This document shows, in pieces, positions 1 to 9,603 of a DNA stretch of 64,000 nt. Numbering within the stretch: the first letter of the stretch is position 1; the number at the start of each line of letters is the position of its first letter. The stretch is from Candidatus Cloacimonadota bacterium (GTDB taxonomy: Bacteria; Cloacimonadota; Cloacimonadia; Cloacimonadales; TCS61): contig JABGOP010000001.1 in assembly GCA_018645365.1 (NCBI GenBank), forward strand, positions 171,024 to 235,023. The letters are read 5' to 3'. Made by a program: the position numbers and the translations under genes. The notes below the pieces were generated by a model. That model ran no database searches. It worked only from the letters and a program-made list of their open reading frames with translations, and was not told the origin of the DNA.

Positions 1-521
1 GGTAGGTATTCAATTTGGCTTATCATGAGGAGTCCAGCAAAAAAGGTGGTAATCAGAAAAAAGCGAGCCGAGAGATTTTGATAATTATCAAAAATAATAA
101 ATGAAGCAATAATGCCTGCTCCAGCCGGAATAGGAAGTCCGATAAAAGGCTGTTTTTTATGATTGTCGTGGTGATTTTTTAAAGTAAATCGAACCAAACG
201 ATAGCTTCCCGCAAAAACATAGAAAGCGGCAACGATAATACCGATGGTAGAAAGTTCCGAAAGTTTATATCTGTAAACCATAAAACCAGGAACGACCCCG
301 AAAGCAACAAAGTCAGAAAGCGTGTCAAATTGAGCACCGAACCTACTTTGAGCGTTTAATAAACGCGCAATTTTACCGTCCAAACCGTCGCATAACATAG
401 AAAAGGCAATTAACCACGCTGCTAAAATAAAGTTATTTTCAAAGGTAAAATGGAGTGCTGTTAAGCCAGAAATTAGACTCAAGCCAGTAATTGCATTTGG
501 GATAATTATTTTTTTATTCAT
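1..521 (-). CDS. pssA: CDP-alcohol phosphatidyltransferase, PssA-like (N-terminal 173 codons only; the C-terminus lies beyond the window edge)
   Basis: Absent from the ORF track because it runs off the window. My translation of the minus strand from the ATG at 521..519 gives MNKKIIIPNAITGLSLISGLTALHFTFENNFILAAWLIAFSMLCDGLDGKIARLLNAQSRFGAQFDTLSDFVAFGVVPG... It contains the family motif DG-x2-AR-x8-G-x3-D-x3-D. There is an ATGA start/stop overlap with ORF 518..1123. Confidence 0.7.
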   Translation of the reverse strand, partial: MNKKIIIPNAITGLSLISGLTALHFTFENNFILAAWLIAFSMLCDGLDGKIARLLNAQSRFGAQFDTLSDFVAFGVVPGFMVYRYKLSELSTIGIIVAAFYVFAGSYRLVRFTLKNHHDNHKKQPFIGLPIPAGAGIIASFIIFDNYQNLSARFFLITTFFAGLLMISQIEYL

Positions 522-1123
522 TTTAATTTTGGAATATTTGGTTTATTGAAATTAATGGTATCGATTGAAATTTCTGCGACCACAGATTCATTATTTTGGA
601 AGGCAATGGCTGTGATGAATTCGGCATATTGAAATTTTACCAAATTAGAATTTTTCACAATTTGGGAAATTTCATAATTTTCAGTAAAGTTGAATTCATA
701 ACCATTAATTTTCACTTTTTTATTGGTGATAATTTCATTTTGATATTTCAGTAATTCCGAAATTTCCAGAAAAAAGAGAAAATCATCTCTAGTTATTAAG
801 GGAATTTTCAGATTATTTGGATTTCTGATAATGAGCGTCGAATCGAGAGAAACGGAAAGAAATGGGGTTGGACTTAACCCCAAAAAGCCAGTATCAAAAA
901 TATCTAATCTAAGAATATTTTCGTTTTTGCGGAAGGTAACATTTTTACGAAGTATCAAATTATTATGGTTAACTTGAATAATTCCATCAATGCGAAAATG
1001 TTGCCAACTTTGTAGGTGCATTTGAAGTTGTTTACTTTTTTGCAAATCATTTGGTTTTTGTAAAGTGGCACAACTACTTATCAAAGCAGCAAATAGCAAA
1101 GCACAAAAAAGTTTATTTTTCAT
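518..1123 (-). CDS. Lipoprotein, possibly LolB/DUF4292-like; function uncertain
   Basis: Signal peptide with a lipobox-like LISSC followed by a soluble beta-rich sequence. It overlaps lgt by 11 nt and pssA by 4 nt, so it sits in a lipoprotein/lipid operon context. Confidence 0.55.
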   Translation of the reverse strand: MKNKLFCALLFAALISSCATLQKPNDLQKSKQLQMHLQSWQHFRIDGIIQVNHNNLILRKNVTFRKNENILRLDIFDTGFLGLSPTPFLSVSLDSTLIIRNPNNLKIPLITRDDFLFFLEISELLKYQNEIITNKKVKINGYEFNFTENYEISQIVKNSNLVKFQYAEFITAIAFQNNESVVAEISIDTINFNKPNIPKLK

Positions 1124-1919
1124 TCTTAAAAAGTAAGTTCAATGCCATAATTGCAGACACAATCATAAACGAACTCAAAATTTGTCCCATCGTAAAAGTT
1201 TTTAAAAAGAAACCGAGGTGTTCATCAGGCTCGCGTACAAATTCGATTAGAAATCGAAAAATTCCATAGAAACCGATAAAACTCCAAAAGACAACGCCAT
1301 TTTTTCGGGTATTTTTTAGAATGAAAAATAAAATAAAAAAAAGCAGTAATCCTTCTAAAAGTGCTTCGTAAAGCTGAGATGGGTGACGTGGAAAATCACC
1401 ACCATTTGGGAAAATCATGCCCCACGGTTTCGTGGTAATTCTGCCCCAAAGTTCACAGTTTATAAAATTGCCAATTCGTCCTAAGCCCAAACCAATCGCA
1501 ACGAGTGGTGCGGTTGCGTCGGCGAGTTGATAAAAATTTAATTTATTTTTTTTACAGAAAATCAGCCCCGCAATAATGACGCCAAGTGCACCACCGTGAA
1601 AAGACATACCCTGAAATCCTGTAAATGTGAAACCGTTTGTAAAACTAAAAGGTAAAATAATTTCTAATGGATGATGAAAATAATAGCCAAAATTATAAAA
1701 AACCACATACCCGAGTCGTCCTCCAATGATTACACCCAACATAATGTTAGACAAGAGGTTATCATATCTTTCTTTTGAGAGATTTGTCTCACGATACTTG
1801 AATAGTTTTTTCAAAAAAATGAAACAAATAATAAAAGCAATAATGTATAAAACGCCATACCAGCGAATCTCTAAACTGCCGAGCTTCAATATGGTGGGAC
1901 TGATATTTGGGTAGTTCAT
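1113..1919 (-). CDS. lgt: Prolipoprotein diacylglyceryl transferase
   Basis: Polytopic membrane protein with Lgt signatures GRLGYVVFYN, GRIGNFIN and HPSQLYEALLEG. Confidence 0.9.
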   Translation of the reverse strand: MNYPNISPTILKLGSLEIRWYGVLYIIAFIICFIFLKKLFKYRETNLSKERYDNLLSNIMLGVIIGGRLGYVVFYNFGYYFHHPLEIILPFSFTNGFTFTGFQGMSFHGGALGVIIAGLIFCKKNKLNFYQLADATAPLVAIGLGLGRIGNFINCELWGRITTKPWGMIFPNGGDFPRHPSQLYEALLEGLLLFFILFFILKNTRKNGVVFWSFIGFYGIFRFLIEFVREPDEHLGFFLKTFTMGQILSSFMIVSAIMALNLLFKNEK

Positions 1920-2699
1920 TTACTGTAATTCTTTAATTTTTTGGAAGATAATGTCGGCTGCTTTTTCTGAATCAACTTCATATTTTTCACCACTTTTATG
2001 GTGTTTTGGGGTAAATATTTTGACCACCTGAGTTGGTGAGCCATTCAAGCCGATTATTTTTTCATCAAGCTGGAGATCATCTGCCGTAATGATTTTTAAG
2101 TCTGCTTTTTTGGCACTGCGTTTTCCGCGTAGAGAAGGTAGTCTCGGTGTGTTTATTTCTTTGACAACTGAAAGCACGACAGGTAACGACATTTCTACTT
2201 TATCAAAACCATCCTCCATTAAGCGCTCGACAATAATTTTGCCATTTTCTATTTTTTCAATATTTTTCACAAAACAAGTTTGGGGAATGTTCAAAAATGT
2301 AGCCACACCAGGTCCAACTTGGCCGGTGTCGCCATCAATAGCTTGCTGACCGAATAAGATGATATCGATATTTTCCATTTGTTTAATCATTTCAGAAAGG
2401 ACGATGCTAGTAGCGAGTGTGTCTGCACCGGCAAATTTTCTGTCAGAAAGAAGAATTATTTCGTCTACACCCATTGCAACTGTTTCGCGGAGAGCACTTT
2501 CCACTTGTGGTGGTCCCATGCTAATAGCGGTGATTTTTCCGCCGTTTACCTCTTTCAAGCGAATTGCTTCTTCAATTGCATAAAGGTCGAATGGGTTGAC
2601 GATGCTTTCCACGCCTTCGCGAATTAAAGTGTTTGTTTTTGGGTCTATTTTGATGTCCGTTGTGTCTGGAACCTGTTTGATGCAAACGACAATATTCAT
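1920..2699 (-). CDS. etfB: Electron transfer flavoprotein, beta subunit
   Basis: N-terminus MNIVVCIKQVPDT plus AISMGP, GADTLAT and DGDTGQVGP, typical of EtfB. No etfA gene is adjacent. Confidence 0.85.
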   Translation of the reverse strand: MNIVVCIKQVPDTTDIKIDPKTNTLIREGVESIVNPFDLYAIEEAIRLKEVNGGKITAISMGPPQVESALRETVAMGVDEIILLSDRKFAGADTLATSIVLSEMIKQMENIDIILFGQQAIDGDTGQVGPGVATFLNIPQTCFVKNIEKIENGKIIVERLMEDGFDKVEMSLPVVLSVVKEINTPRLPSLRGKRSAKKADLKIITADDLQLDEKIIGLNGSPTQVVKIFTPKHHKSGEKYEVDSEKAADIIFQKIKELQ

Positions 2700-2708
2700 A
2701 ATAATCTC

Positions 2709-3815
2709 CTAATTTTCGTAAAACTCTTGTATTTTTTTAATCACAAAATCTTGCATGTTTTCAGTCAATTCAGAATAGATTGGAATCGAAATTACTTTTT
2801 GGGCAATCTCTTCCGCAATTGGTAAATCACCGGACTTATAACCGAGATTTGCAAAGCATTCTTGCACATGAAGCGGTTTCGGATAATAGACCGCACATCC
2901 AACATTATTTTTGCGTAAAAATTTGAGAAGTTCATCGCGTTTTTCGGCAAGAAGCGTGAATTGATTGTAGATTGAAATTGCTTTTTCGTGAATAAAGGGT
3001 AATTTTATTTGCGGAATATTTGTCATGTTTTCATAATAATATTTTGCGTTTTGGCGACGTTTTTCGCTCCATTTTTCTAAGTAGGGAAGTTTTATTTTCA
3101 AAACTGCTGCTTGAATTGTGTCAATTCGACTATTTAGCCCAACCCATTTATGAAAATATCTTGGGTTTTCACCGTGAACTCGTAGTTGAAACAATTTTGT
3201 AGCGAGGTCATCGCTGTTTGTCAAACACATTCCAGCATCACCCATTGCACCAAGATTTTTGCTTGGAAAAAATGAAAGTGTGCCAATGTCGCCGATTGTG
3301 CCTGCTACTTTGCCATCAAATCTAGCACCGATACCCTGAGCATTATCTTCAATAACCTTTAAATTGTGTTTTTGGGCAATCTGCATAATTTTATCCATTT
3401 CAGCTGGTTGACCAAATAGATGAACGGCAATAATTGCTTTTGTTTTTGATGTAATTGCTTTTTCAATTTTTTCTGGATTGAGGTTAAATGTATCGGGTAA
3501 AATATCAACAAAAACAGGAATTGCTCCAACGCGTGAAATAGCACCAGCTGTCGCAAAAAAAGTGAACGTGGTTGTAATTACCTCATCATCTTCTTTGATG
3601 TCAAGTGCTTTGAGAGCGAGAACGAGAGCATCAGTTCCAGAAGCGCAACCGATGGTGTGTTTGCACTCACAATAATTTGCTGCCATTTTTTCAAATTCTT
3701 TAACTTGTGGACCGAGAATGTAGTGATGAGAGTCGAAAACTTTTTCAATTTCTTGTTTGATTTTCGGTAAAATTGAAGCATATTGTGCGTTCAAATCTAA
3801 AAGTGGAACATTCAT
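2709..3815 (-). CDS. DegT/DnrJ/EryC1/StrS-family PLP-dependent sugar aminotransferase
   Basis: Family-typical length of 368 aa. Motifs GCASGTDAL and SFFPSKNLGAMGDAG, the latter being the PLP-lysine region. Confidence 0.85.
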   Translation of the reverse strand: MNVPLLDLNAQYASILPKIKQEIEKVFDSHHYILGPQVKEFEKMAANYCECKHTIGCASGTDALVLALKALDIKEDDEVITTTFTFFATAGAISRVGAIPVFVDILPDTFNLNPEKIEKAITSKTKAIIAVHLFGQPAEMDKIMQIAQKHNLKVIEDNAQGIGARFDGKVAGTIGDIGTLSFFPSKNLGAMGDAGMCLTNSDDLATKLFQLRVHGENPRYFHKWVGLNSRIDTIQAAVLKIKLPYLEKWSEKRRQNAKYYYENMTNIPQIKLPFIHEKAISIYNQFTLLAEKRDELLKFLRKNNVGCAVYYPKPLHVQECFANLGYKSGDLPIAEEIAQKVISIPIYSELTENMQDFVIKKIQEFYEN

Positions 3816-3823
3816 ACTTTCCT

Positions 3824-4783
3824 CTATTTTTCGAAGTAATTAATGATTCTTTTTAAGATTTCGTCGAGATTAAGCTTTGGTTCATACCCCACCGTATCTT
3901 TAATTTTAGTGAGATCTGGAATTCTTTTCATCATATCCTCAAATCCCTCTTCGTAAGCGTCTTCATAGCTTATGTATTCGATTTTCGAATTGCTATTTGT
4001 CATCTCTTTTATTTTTTTTGCTAAGTCTTCGATTGTAATCTCTTCGTCATTGCCAACATTGAAAATTTGACCTTCCGCTTTCGGTTCATTCATTAGTTTG
4101 ATGATGCCGTCGGTTACATCATCTACATCACCGAAACAACGAGATTGTTTGCCGCTACCATGAATTACAATAGGGTGGTTTAGCAGGGCGTTTCTCACAA
4201 ATTTTGGAACAACCATTCCGTATTGTCCGGTTTGGCGTGGTCCAACGGTATTGAAGCACCGCACGATTACAACGGGTAATTTTTTTTCACGATAGTAGGC
4301 GAGTGCCAAAAACTCGTCAATTGCCTTTGCACAACTGTAACTCCAACGAGAAATGTTGGTAGAGCCGAGTAATCGGTCATCTTCTTCTTTGAACGGCATA
4401 TTTTCATTTTTACCATAAATTTCAGAAGTGGAAGCAACGAGCACTTTTTTCTTAAATTTATTGGCAAACTCGAGCACATTTTCTGTTCCGCCAATGTTTG
4501 TTTGCAGCGAGAGAAGTGGGTTGTCTATGATGTTTTTTACACCCACCGCAGCTGCAAGATGATATATCTGGTCAGTATCGCTAATCATTTTTTCCAAGAT
4601 TTTTTTATTCAGTATGGAATCTATTGTGTATGTAAAATTTTTGTTTGAAGCCAAATGTTTAATGTTTGCATATTTCCCTGTAGAAAGATTATCTAAAACA
4701 GAAATAAAATGTCCTTCTTTCAATAGTTTTTCACATAAATGAGAGCCGATAAACCCAGCTCCTCCCGTAACTAATATTTTCAA
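3824..4783 (-). CDS. NAD-dependent sugar-nucleotide epimerase/dehydratase (extended SDR, UDP-glucuronate decarboxylase-like)
   Basis: GGAGFIGSH Rossmann motif and the YSCAK catalytic YxxxK. Length is 319 aa. Confidence 0.8.
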   Translation of the reverse strand: MKILVTGGAGFIGSHLCEKLLKEGHFISVLDNLSTGKYANIKHLASNKNFTYTIDSILNKKILEKMISDTDQIYHLAAAVGVKNIIDNPLLSLQTNIGGTENVLEFANKFKKKVLVASTSEIYGKNENMPFKEEDDRLLGSTNISRWSYSCAKAIDEFLALAYYREKKLPVVIVRCFNTVGPRQTGQYGMVVPKFVRNALLNHPIVIHGSGKQSRCFGDVDDVTDGIIKLMNEPKAEGQIFNVGNDEEITIEDLAKKIKEMTNSNSKIEYISYEDAYEEGFEDMMKRIPDLTKIKDTVGYEPKLNLDEILKRIINYFEK

Positions 4784-4795
4784 AATATTCTCCTT

Positions 4796-6115
4796 TTATT
4801 GTGTAGTATTTTGGATAACAATAACAACAGTCGCAATTTCAGCCATTATTTTCATAATATCTTTTGTGATTTGCCAATAATCGTGTTCTGATTTTTCTGG
4901 TACAAAAATCATATCGCCAACCTCGATAATTGTTTTTTTGTTTGGTTTGAGCCATTCACCCGTGCTTGTTTTAATGATGCGAATTTTATTTTTTTTAGCA
5001 TTCCACGCCAAACCGCCACTTTTTTCAATATAGTAAAGATAATTTTGGTTTGGTATAAAAGAGATAAGTCCCGGATTTTTTATAGAGCCGGTAATATTTA
5101 CGGTAGAAATTTGACGTGAGACGTAAATATAATCATTATTTTTTAAAGTGACTTCGGAAGATTGATGATTTTCCCAAATTTTTTCAAAGTTAGCAGAAAA
5201 TTTTCCTCTCAATTCGCGAGATTTAGCTTTAAAATATTCATACTCAATGGTGGTCATTTCATCAATGGTCATTTTTTTTAATCGGTTAAATTCTGGATCA
5301 AGAAGGTCTTCATGACTTTTTCTTTGTAAAAAAGAGTTTTTTAAATCGGCACGATAAGTTGGACCACCAGCCATGTTTAAAACTTCAAATAATGTGCTAA
5401 TGTCTTCTTCAATTGCATAAATTCCAGGATATTTAATTTCTCCAAAAATCTTAATGTGGTTTTGTTTGTGAAATTCAGGAATAGAACGAATGTAAATTCG
5501 ATCATCGTTTTGCAAGAAGATATTTTTATTACTTTCTGGATTTTTAAGAATTTTTTCCAAATTTACGGTAATGGTTTTTATTGAATCAGAGTTATTAACA
5601 AATCGCACAATTTCTACGGCCTGTAAGTCGGCATCGTTTCGTAAGCCGAAAGTTAATCCCAAAATGTCTGTGATTTTGTCATTTTTTGTAATTTCAAAAA
5701 TGCCCTCTTGATGAACCGCCCCCACGATAGAAACGGTACACGATTTTGCTGGAATTACCACCACATCACCATCTAGCAAATATGGGTTTTGCTCAATATC
5801 ACCCAAAATGTAAAATTTCTGTAAATCGAGTGTAGTTTGTTTATTTTGGCGTTTTAAAATGATACCTCTTACTGATGAAATTTCAGATATTTTATCTGAT
5901 TCATCTGCAAGTGAATCTATGACGACATTCGCGATTTTGATAAGCTCTGAAACGCGTGTATTCCCCAAAATGGGATATGTTCCTGGATTATTTATCGCAC
6001 CAACGATAGAGACACTATAGGGCGCATCTGTTTCAAAATCAATTGGTTCTGCTGATAAAACAGCACAAAAAAGCGTGATTATTAGCCACAATAAACTTAT
6101 TTTATTACTATTCAA
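4796..6115 (-). CDS. Polysaccharide export protein (Wza-like, SLBB-type repeats) with a C-terminal TM helix
   Basis: Signal peptide. Repeated V.V.G.V..PG.Y segments (SIVGAINNPGTYPI, IFGEIKYPGIYAI, ITGSIKNPGLISF). It lies downstream of the sugar-modifying genes. Confidence 0.6.
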   Translation of the reverse strand: MNSNKISLLWLIITLFCAVLSAEPIDFETDAPYSVSIVGAINNPGTYPILGNTRVSELIKIANVVIDSLADESDKISEISSVRGIILKRQNKQTTLDLQKFYILGDIEQNPYLLDGDVVVIPAKSCTVSIVGAVHQEGIFEITKNDKITDILGLTFGLRNDADLQAVEIVRFVNNSDSIKTITVNLEKILKNPESNKNIFLQNDDRIYIRSIPEFHKQNHIKIFGEIKYPGIYAIEEDISTLFEVLNMAGGPTYRADLKNSFLQRKSHEDLLDPEFNRLKKMTIDEMTTIEYEYFKAKSRELRGKFSANFEKIWENHQSSEVTLKNNDYIYVSRQISTVNITGSIKNPGLISFIPNQNYLYYIEKSGGLAWNAKKNKIRIIKTSTGEWLKPNKKTIIEVGDMIFVPEKSEHDYWQITKDIMKIMAEIATVVIVIQNTTQ

Positions 6116-6197
6116 AATTAACTCCTCTTTTTATCTTTCAACGAATTGGAAAAATTTTAAGATTGCTTATTTTGTCAAACCTTTTTCAGATAAACAC

Positions 6198-9100
6198 TTA
6201 TTCCTTAAAATTCTGAGCTATAAATTTTATGATTTTGATGCTTTCATTCAAATACAATTTTGCTTTTTTCTCGAAATCGAAAGAAATTTCGAAATTTTTC
6301 ACCGTGCTGAAATGAATTGGTAAATCTATAATGCCAGTCAAACGATACAGCTTATCTCTGCTGGGAAGTGATTTATTGTCGAATTCTAGTGTAATGTTTT
6401 TTTGTGAAATTTTTACAGATTTGAGATGAGTTTGATTTGTGAAAAAGCGAATTTTGTGGTAGATTAAAACGTTTTTTGCTTTTTCTGGTATTTCGCCAAA
6501 TCTGTCTATGAGTGCGCTTTTTAAATTTTCAAATTGCTCTATTTTTTGAAAATTCATGATTTCCCGATAAAGTTTTAATCGTATTTTTTCATCGGCGATA
6601 TAGTTTTTTGGAAAATAATAATCGAAGTCAACTTTCACATTTTCCAATGGTTGTTCTTCAAAATACCAATTTTCAGAAAATTCATTATTCTCAAAGCTTT
6701 CGATAGCTTTTTCTAGAAGTTTATTATAGTAATTAAAACCAATCGAGTGTAAAATTCCACTTTGTTTATTGCCGAGAAGCGTGCCTGCACCACGTAATTC
6801 CATATCACGCATTGCAATCTGATAGCCACTTCCCAAGGATTCATATTCGATTAGTGTTTCCAGTCTTTTGCGTGCGTCTTCATTTATTTTTGAAGGAATA
6901 ATGAAATACGCGTAAGCGCGACGATTACTTCTGCCAACCCTGCCGCGAATTTGATAAAGTTGTGCCAAACCAAACATATCTGCTCGATTAACGATCATTG
7001 TGTTCGCATTAGGAATATCAATGCCAGATTCAATAATCGTGGTGGCAACAAGCACATCAAATTTATGATGGGCAAAATCGAGCGTAACGGTTTCCAGCTG
7101 TTTTTCCGGCAATTGACCATGACCAATCGCAAAGCGAACCGTGGGTAACATTTTACGCAACTCAGCCGTTATTTCTTCAATTGTTTGCACTCGATTATGT
7201 AAGAAAAAAACTTGTCCACCGCGACTCACTTCTCGTGCAATCGCTTCTTTGATGATTTCTCGATCGAAAGGCACGATAACGGTACGAATGGGGAGCCGTG
7301 CTTTAGGTGAAGTACGAATCAGCGATAATTCTTTCAATTTAGAAAGTGCCATCGACATCGTGCGTGGAATCGGCGTAGCACTCATATAAAGTGTATCTAC
7401 GTTACTTTTTAGTTTACGCAAATTATCTTTATGGTGCACCCCAAAGCGGTGTTCTTCATCAATTATAAGTAAGCCTATTTTTTTGAATTTTACATCTTTT
7501 GAGAGTAATCGGTGCGTTCCAATAATGATATCAATTTCGCCACCTGCAACCTTTAACAAATCTTTTTGGATATTTGTTTTAGTGCGAAAACGGCTAATCA
7601 TCGCAATTTTAACAGGATATTGTGCTAATCTTTCCTTGAAAACCAAAAAATGTTGTTCTGCTAGTAATGTTGTGGGGACGAGAATTGCTACCTGAAATCC
7701 ACTTAAAACAGCTTTAAATGCGGCACGAATAGCCACCTCTGTTTTCCCGAATCCTACATCACCACAAAGTAAACGTTCCATCGGTTTTGCCGTTTCCATA
7801 TCTTTTTTTATTTCCGTGATGCTTTTGATTTGATCAGGTGTTTCTTCGTAAATAAAAGAATTTTCCATCTCAATTTGCCACTCGGAATCGCGTTCAAACG
7901 CAATGCCACGCCTGATTTTGCGTTCGGCATAAAGTTTCACTAAATCTTTTGCGACCAATTCGATTTGTTTCCGTGCGCGTTTTTTGGCTGATTCCCATTT
8001 CTTGCTTCCAAGTTTGTGGATTATAGGAACGATTCCTTCTTCCGAAACAAACTTTGAAACCATCGAAAGTTGAAAATTTGGCACATAAACCACATCTTTT
8101 TGCGCGTAATGTAAGACTAAACATTCCACCTTATTTCCTGTGAAAGACATCTTTTTTAAACCAGCATAAATACCAATTCCGTGATTGATGTGAACGATAT
8201 AATCGCCTGGTTTTAGCGATTCGTAGTCGATTAATGCTTCATTTTTTGAAAATTTTGAGGGTCTGTTTTTGTTTCGGTATCGATTAAAAATTTCGTGATC
8301 GGTATAAACTGCAAATTTTGTGTCCTTTAAGTCAAAACCGTGCTGAAAAACACCCACCGTAAAATCGATTTTTTCGTCGAAATTCGGTAGTAAATTCATC
8401 ATTCTTTTGCGTTGGCTTTCGTTGTCAGATTGAATAAAAATTCGGTATCCTTGGGCAATTTTTTCCGCAATTTTTTTATCTAAGACGCCTAAGTTGCCGT
8501 GTAAATTTTCATGAATAGCAAAGGGGGTTTCCTTTTCTCTACTAACTTCTGCAAAGTCTTGAGCGGTTGCTGCAAGAAAATAATTGCAATGACTTTTGAG
8601 TGTTTTCTGGATAAATTTTTCATCTTCAAAAATGTCTTGTGGTTGTGTTTTTTTGTCTTTTGTAGATTTTGCGAATAGATCTGTTGTTTCCGCCAAAAGT
8701 TCTTGATGGTACGATTTGAAAAAATGGAACTCATCCCAAAAAATAAGGCAATTTTCATTATCGAAATACTCCACAAATGAACTAATGTTTGGGAGTAAAA
8801 ATGAGATGTCAAGCTCGATACCATCATAAAATCCATTTTGGTGAATTTTATTCCAAAAATATTCATCGGTTTCGATGTCGTGAAGCGAAAATTCTCGAGA
8901 TGGAATAATTGTAATTGCCCCCAAATCTTCATTTTCAGAGCGTTGTGTGGTTACATCAAATGGTCGAATTGATTCAATTTCATCATCAAAAAATTCGATA
9001 CGAATCGGTTGGTAAAAATTGGGACTGAACACATCAATGATACCACCGCGTCGTGCAATTTCACCAACTTTTGAAACTTGAAATTGATTTTCATAACCCA

Positions 9101-9590
9101 TTCCCACTAAGTTTGAAACGAGTAAATCGGGGTTGTAATTTTTTGATTTTTCTAAACGGATAATGTTTTTCGTAAAAATTTTTGGGTCAGTGATTTTGCG
9201 TAAAAATGAGCGAACGGAAGTTGTGAAAATAGCTGGTTGAGCGGAAGTGGTGGCGGTTAGAGTTTTAATTCTTTGTGCTCGAATCATAAAATGTGGTGAA
9301 CGCTGTTCGTATGGTAAAACCTCAAAATCTGGTAAAAAATGAGCATTTTCTTCACCAACTAATAGATGTAAATCATCTAAATAATCTTCGGCAATTTTAT
9401 CGTCAGCGGTTACAAAAATGATATTTTTGTGGCTTTTTTTAAAAGCGTGAGCGAGCAACAAACTTTTGGAAGTTTGATTCAAATTATGAAAAAGAGAACG
9501 GTCGTTGTTATTTTTTATATCATTTTCAAATTCTTTTAAAAAAGTAGAATTTGAAAGAATGGATTCAATTTTACTGTAAAAATTACTCAT
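6198..9590 (-). CDS. mfd: Transcription-repair coupling factor
   Basis: 1130 aa. Walker A GDVGFGKTEVA, IIDEEHRFGV, a superfamily-2 helicase core, and a CarD-like segment GDYIVHINHGIG. Confidence 0.95.
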   Translation of the reverse strand: MSNFYSKIESILSNSTFLKEFENDIKNNNDRSLFHNLNQTSKSLLLAHAFKKSHKNIIFVTADDKIAEDYLDDLHLLVGEENAHFLPDFEVLPYEQRSPHFMIRAQRIKTLTATTSAQPAIFTTSVRSFLRKITDPKIFTKNIIRLEKSKNYNPDLLVSNLVGMGYENQFQVSKVGEIARRGGIIDVFSPNFYQPIRIEFFDDEIESIRPFDVTTQRSENEDLGAITIIPSREFSLHDIETDEYFWNKIHQNGFYDGIELDISFLLPNISSFVEYFDNENCLIFWDEFHFFKSYHQELLAETTDLFAKSTKDKKTQPQDIFEDEKFIQKTLKSHCNYFLAATAQDFAEVSREKETPFAIHENLHGNLGVLDKKIAEKIAQGYRIFIQSDNESQRKRMMNLLPNFDEKIDFTVGVFQHGFDLKDTKFAVYTDHEIFNRYRNKNRPSKFSKNEALIDYESLKPGDYIVHINHGIGIYAGLKKMSFTGNKVECLVLHYAQKDVVYVPNFQLSMVSKFVSEEGIVPIIHKLGSKKWESAKKRARKQIELVAKDLVKLYAERKIRRGIAFERDSEWQIEMENSFIYEETPDQIKSITEIKKDMETAKPMERLLCGDVGFGKTEVAIRAAFKAVLSGFQVAILVPTTLLAEQHFLVFKERLAQYPVKIAMISRFRTKTNIQKDLLKVAGGEIDIIIGTHRLLSKDVKFKKIGLLIIDEEHRFGVHHKDNLRKLKSNVDTLYMSATPIPRTMSMALSKLKELSLIRTSPKARLPIRTVIVPFDREIIKEAIAREVSRGGQVFFLHNRVQTIEEITAELRKMLPTVRFAIGHGQLPEKQLETVTLDFAHHKFDVLVATTIIESGIDIPNANTMIVNRADMFGLAQLYQIRGRVGRSNRRAYAYFIIPSKINEDARKRLETLIEYESLGSGYQIAMRDMELRGAGTLLGNKQSGILHSIGFNYYNKLLEKAIESFENNEFSENWYFEEQPLENVKVDFDYYFPKNYIADEKIRLKLYREIMNFQKIEQFENLKSALIDRFGEIPEKAKNVLIYHKIRFFTNQTHLKSVKISQKNITLEFDNKSLPSRDKLYRLTGIIDLPIHFSTVKNFEISFDFEKKAKLYLNESIKIIKFIAQNFKE

Positions 9591-9603
9591 TATTTTTTCT
9601 CAT

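Noticed and set aside
8489-8932. 147-aa minus-strand ORF inside mfd in another frame. The many 60-110-aa ORFs listed inside larger genes belong to the same class.
   Set aside because: They are nested in or antisense to genes with clear family signatures, and have no ribosome-binding site or recognisable domain. I treat them as chance ORFs.
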